A DNA stretch of 64,000 nucleotides from the human T2T-CHM13v2.0 reference genome, Homo sapiens, in NCBI RefSeq assembly GCF_009914755.1, contig NC_060938.1; one strand, written 5' to 3'. The notes beneath the pieces are model-generated. The model was given only the letters and a program-made list of their open reading frames with translations, was not told where the DNA came from and made no database searches. How positions within the stretch are numbered: position 1 is the first letter of the stretch; each line of letters opens with the position of its first letter. Positions 54,237 through 64,000 of this stretch are shown piece by piece. The position numbers and the translations under genes were made by a program.

Positions 54237-55276
54237 TGTGACCGGAAAGGGGTCTGATCCAGACCCCAAGAGACAGTTCTTGGATCTCATGCAAGAAGGA
54301 ATTCGGGCAAGCCCACAGAGTCAAATGAAAGCAAGTTTCTTAAAAAAGTAAAGGAATAGGCCAGGCGCGGTGGCTCATGCCTGTAATCCCAGCATTTTGG
54401 GAAGCTGAGGAGGGAGAATAAAAGAATGACTACTCCACAGGCAGAGCAGTGGCACGGGCTGCTCTACTGAGCATACTTATGGTTATTTCTTGATTAGATG
54501 CTAAACAAAGGGTGGATTCTTCATGAGTTTTCCAGGAGAGGGGCAGGCAATTCCTAGAACTGAGGGTTCTTTCACTTTTTAAACCATATCAGGTAATTTC
54601 TGGGCATTACCATGGCATCTGTAAACTGTCATGGCACTGGTTGGAGTGTCTTTTAGCATGCTAATCCTAATGCTAATGTATTGTAGTTATTGTATAATGA
54701 GCAGTGAGGATGACCAGGTCACTTTCGTCACCATCTTGGTCTTCGTGGGTTTTTGCTGGCTTCTTTATTGCATCCTGGTTTATTTATTTATTTATTTATT
54801 TTTATTTATTTATTTATTTATTTTGAGATGGAGTCTTGCTCTGTCGCCCAGGCTGGAGTGCAGTGGTGCGATCTCAGCTCACTGCAAGCTCCGCCCCCCG
54901 GGTTCACACATTCTCCTGCCTCAGCCTCTCGAGTAGCTGGGACTACAGGTGTCCGCCGCCATACCCGTCTAATTTTTTGTATTTTTAGTAGAGACGGGGT
55001 TTCACTGTGTTAGCCAGGATGGTCTTGATCTCCTGACCTCGTGATCCGCCCACCTCAGCCTCCCAAAGTGCTGGGATTACAGGTGTGAGCCACCGCGCCT
55101 GGCCTGCATCCTGTTTTATCAGCTGGGCCTTTGTGACCTGTCTCTCTTGTGACCTCTTATCTCTCACCCTGTGACTTAGAATGCCTAACCTCCTGGGATG
55201 AGGCCAGCAGGTGTCAGTCTCATTTTACCCATTTCCTATTCAAGATGGAATCACTCTGGTTCAAACACCTCTGACA
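54237..55276 (-). mobile_element. MER41 (likely MER41B) solo LTR with an internal Alu fragment and an AluY (54779-55104)
   Basis: Minus strand starts TGTCAGAGGTGTTTGAACCAGAG and ends CCCCTTTCCGGTCACA; perfect 4-bp TSD CAAG (54233-54236, 55277-55280). Confidence 0.9.
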
Positions 55277-55319
55277 CAAGGATATATGATAGATATCTAT
55301 ATATATATATATTATATGT

Positions 55320-59189
<3,870 letters not shown>

Positions 59190-59207
59190 TCATCTCTGTT
59201 TTGCTAA

Positions 59208-60964
<1,757 letters not shown>

Positions 60965-61309
60965 CTATCACCAAGATAAATCGGTAAGGCTTAATTCCAT
61001 GTCCAGTGTTTTTGGCAAAACCCTTGTTCCCGAGGGGGTGAGTGGCCTTCCCAGCAGGCTCTGCTGAATTCTGGAAGAGCCTGTTTCCAGAAACTTTGTT
61101 TTGTACATGTCTTGGCAAATGATCACCACCCCCCTCCCCCCACCACCCACCCACTTCCGAAGTGGTCTAGGGCTTAAGTCCAGATGCGGATGGGCTCAGG
61201 GCGGGGTGGGAGAAGTCAGGGGAAAAAAAAAAAGAAAAGAAAAAAAAGATAAAGAAATAAATTTCTTCTGCCAGATACCTTAATTAATCAAGGTCGGCCT
61301 TCCATCAAG

Positions 61310-62420
61310 GTCGGCTTCTCGGCTCCCCAGCCCCCGCGCCTCACGGGGACCTCAGGCCTCGGCAGGGTCCTCTCCCTTTGCATCTCCTACTAGTCAGCTG
61401 TCGGTGGTGATGGCCCGTGCCAAGTTCACGGTCTCAGCCTGACGAAAGGCGGCCTTTACCAGCCTCAGGACCCCCAACGAACCTGGGGCCATGGCTGGGG
61501 AGGGGGCTCTGCCCAGGCTCTGCGTTCTGGGACAGGGGTCCCCAGATGGCCATGCGTCAAGGCCCAGGGACCTGTTTGTGGGCCCGAGAGCACGGGGGTC
61601 AGGGGTGGGGCTCGAGTCTCGTCCCAGGGCTCCGGGACAAGCTTCCTGGAGGAGGCAGCGTGAGCTCTGGGAGGTAGAGGTCAAGACCTCAAAAAATGGG
61701 GGGACATGGGCGGAGGGGGCATTTTGTAACTCCTACGTCCCTGCAGAAGCCCAGACCCTCAGAGACTAGGAACTGAGGCCTGGCAGAGTGGGGTGGGCCA
61801 GCAATCACGCGCCAGGCCACACGAGGAGAGCCCACTGCCCCGGGGATGTCAGACGCGGGGCGGCCTCGGCGACCGCACACGCCATAGAAAGGTCACCGAA
61901 CTTGGCCGCCCGGCCGTCCCGGAAATCGCTACTGCCCGGCAGCCCTGGGGCCTCCACAACCGCGTCCCGGCGGCTCAAGTTGCCCTTTGTCGCCCCCTGC
62001 CGACCAGTCTCCCTGCGGCTCCCGCGCGGGACAATCAGGCGGGCCGGGCTCGGAAATAGTGGGCATGGGTCCCTGAGGCGCGGGGATTGGCCGCTCTGTG
62101 TCATGTGTCCTCGGCTCGGGCCAACCAGCGAGGGAGGCAAAGTCCCATCCCGCGCGTCCCGTAGCCCTTCAGCGAGCTGTGGGCGGGGCGTCAGGCCTGA
62201 CACCTCGGCCAGAGGGCGGGGCCGGAGACCTGAGCGGCGCCGCTTCCGCTCTTTCGCCCAGGTGCCTTGGAGCCGCTGCTCTCGCCTCCCTTCTCCACCT
62301 AGCGGCGGTGTTTCACACCCCGGAGTGGCTTTTTGGGGATAAAGGCACAAATCTTTGCCAGACCTCCCGCCAGGCCCCCTGGCCTGCCACGTGCTCCTTG
62401 CCGGCCTAGACTCACCCAGG
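61310..62420. promoter_or_regulatory. Orphan CpG island with promoter-like motif set
   Basis: High CpG; reverse CCAAT (ATTGG, about 62086), GC boxes (62181, 62213), ETS cores (CCGGAAAT about 61919, GCTTCCG about 62242). Confidence 0.75.
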
Positions 62421-64000
62421 CTGTGCCCTCTGCTCAGAACGACCTTTCCCCCCTTCCTCTCCCCCTCGCTTGCTCCGACTGTTCTTTGCAATCCCGGCTG
62501 GGGTTGGGTTAAGGGCCTTCTGGGGCTTCTTCATACCCTGTGCATCTTCCTCCTACTGGCACCGACCACCCCACACTGGGCTGCCATCTGCTTGTCTACA
62601 CCCACTGACTTTTCATCTCTGTATCTCCCCAGTAAGCAGGAGTGGCTCACAGAAGGCACGTTAATACCTGTGTGTTGATATAAACCAAGGAGCGGGACGA
62701 TGGCTAGGAAGTAACATCCCTGGGCATCATCTGAGTACCAGGCCCCCTGCCAGGTACTTTAGAGGCTACTTGATGTTCAGGCCCATGGCAGCCCTGGGAG
62801 GGAGGCACAAAGGCTCTTTTGTTCCTGGGGAGTCAGTGGAGGCCCCTAGAGGCTGAATGACTGTCTGGGTCCCCCAGCTGGACTGTTTGGGGACAGGCCT
62901 GGGGAGCTGAGGGCACCCTCATACCAGGCAGCCTTGCGCCTGAAGCTCTGCTGGTGAAAACTGATGGGCAGGGCCCTGGAAGGGAGAGTCAGCGCCTGCG
63001 GGGGCGGGGGTGGGGGTGGGGGTGGGAAGGCAAGCGGAGGGGAAAGGTGAGCATAGACAGGCATTTGTGATGGCCACAGGCCTTCACTGCTACCCTGACA
63101 TCAGGGCCAATGGCAACCTGCAAGGCCCTTCAAAGCCCTGCTTCCACCTCTGCCCATCTCTGGCTGCAACCTCCTGGTTCTCCCACCCTGTGCTCTATTC
63201 TCCAGCTACACTGACCCATGTCAGCTCCCAGGCCATGCATCTGGGCCTTTCACATGCTGCTCTCTCCAGGGTCCATCCAGCCCCACCTCCACCACATTGC
63301 CAAGACCAGGCCTTACTTTCCAGACTCCATGTACTTCTCAGCACTGGCCCCACCATTTGTGCTGAGGATCATCAGCTACTGAGACCTGAATTCAACCCCA
63401 GGCCCTGGGTTTGAATTCTGACACATTTGTGGCTGACCTTGGAGAACAGCTCATCCATGGGCTCGCAAAACAATGCCGCTGACTTAGACAACACTCTACT
63501 GATTTGCTGGCACTGGGCTGGGGCTTTGGTGGACACTGAATCCCCACAAACCAGCCTGCAAGGTCAGACATGTGAAAAAGTCCTTTCTGTTTCATCAAGG
63601 CTCATCAGGTGAACGTCTCCAACAGGCTCTCACTTCAGCAACATCTCATAGCAGAAGGTGATCTGTCTTCAAGGTTGGAGGCTGGTCCCATAGACCCCAA
63701 CTCCAGCATCAGGCCAAGGGCTGGGCAAGGCTGCAGGGTTGTGGCTATCCCAAATATGAACTCAGACACACTTAGTTCTGAATCCTGTATTACCTTGGGC
63801 GAATTACTTCACCTCTTTGATCCTTCATTTTCTTCCTTTTTTCTTTTTTGCTTTAGCTTTTCTTTTCAATAAAATTAATAACACGTACATATTTTTAACA
63901 GACAAATAGAACTACAAGGCTTACAATGAAAAAAGGCAGTCCCTTGCCTTGCTTTGCCCACCCTGGGTCCTCCCCAAAGAGGCAGCCACTTTGTACTCCT

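Overview
Human genomic DNA, identified from the translated exons as the EVL/DEGS2 locus (chr14q32.2 by established knowledge). The first 13.3 kb hold the last seven coding exons and 3' UTR of EVL (+), including the 63-nt cassette exon of the EVL-I isoform. DEGS2 (-; 3 coding exons, 323 aa, three His boxes) follows tail-to-tail, with a CpG-island promoter at about 28.0-29.2 kb. The remaining 35 kb has no recognisable protein-coding gene and is dense in repeats. It contains a degenerate but structurally complete class III (ERVL-type, MER74-like LTRs) provirus at about 34.07-42.74 kb, with a tRNA-Ser primer-binding site, protease/RT remnants and three minisatellites inside it. It also contains a full-length SVA nested in an Alu tail, a MER41 solo LTR, other LTR/L1 fragments, dozens of Alus and two orphan CpG-rich islands. 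I see no proven novel system. The best leads are: (1) a candidate LTR-derived alternative first coding exon that would splice in frame to DEGS2 exon 2; (2) a templated insertion copied from 26 kb away into DEGS2 intron 1, with donor and recipient resolved by a TSD; (3) a minisatellite seeded on the RT catalytic YxDD codons. Nearly all long ORFs in the supplied track are GC-rich or repeat artefacts. Repeat-family names are from recalled consensus sequences and need RepeatMasker/Dfam confirmation.
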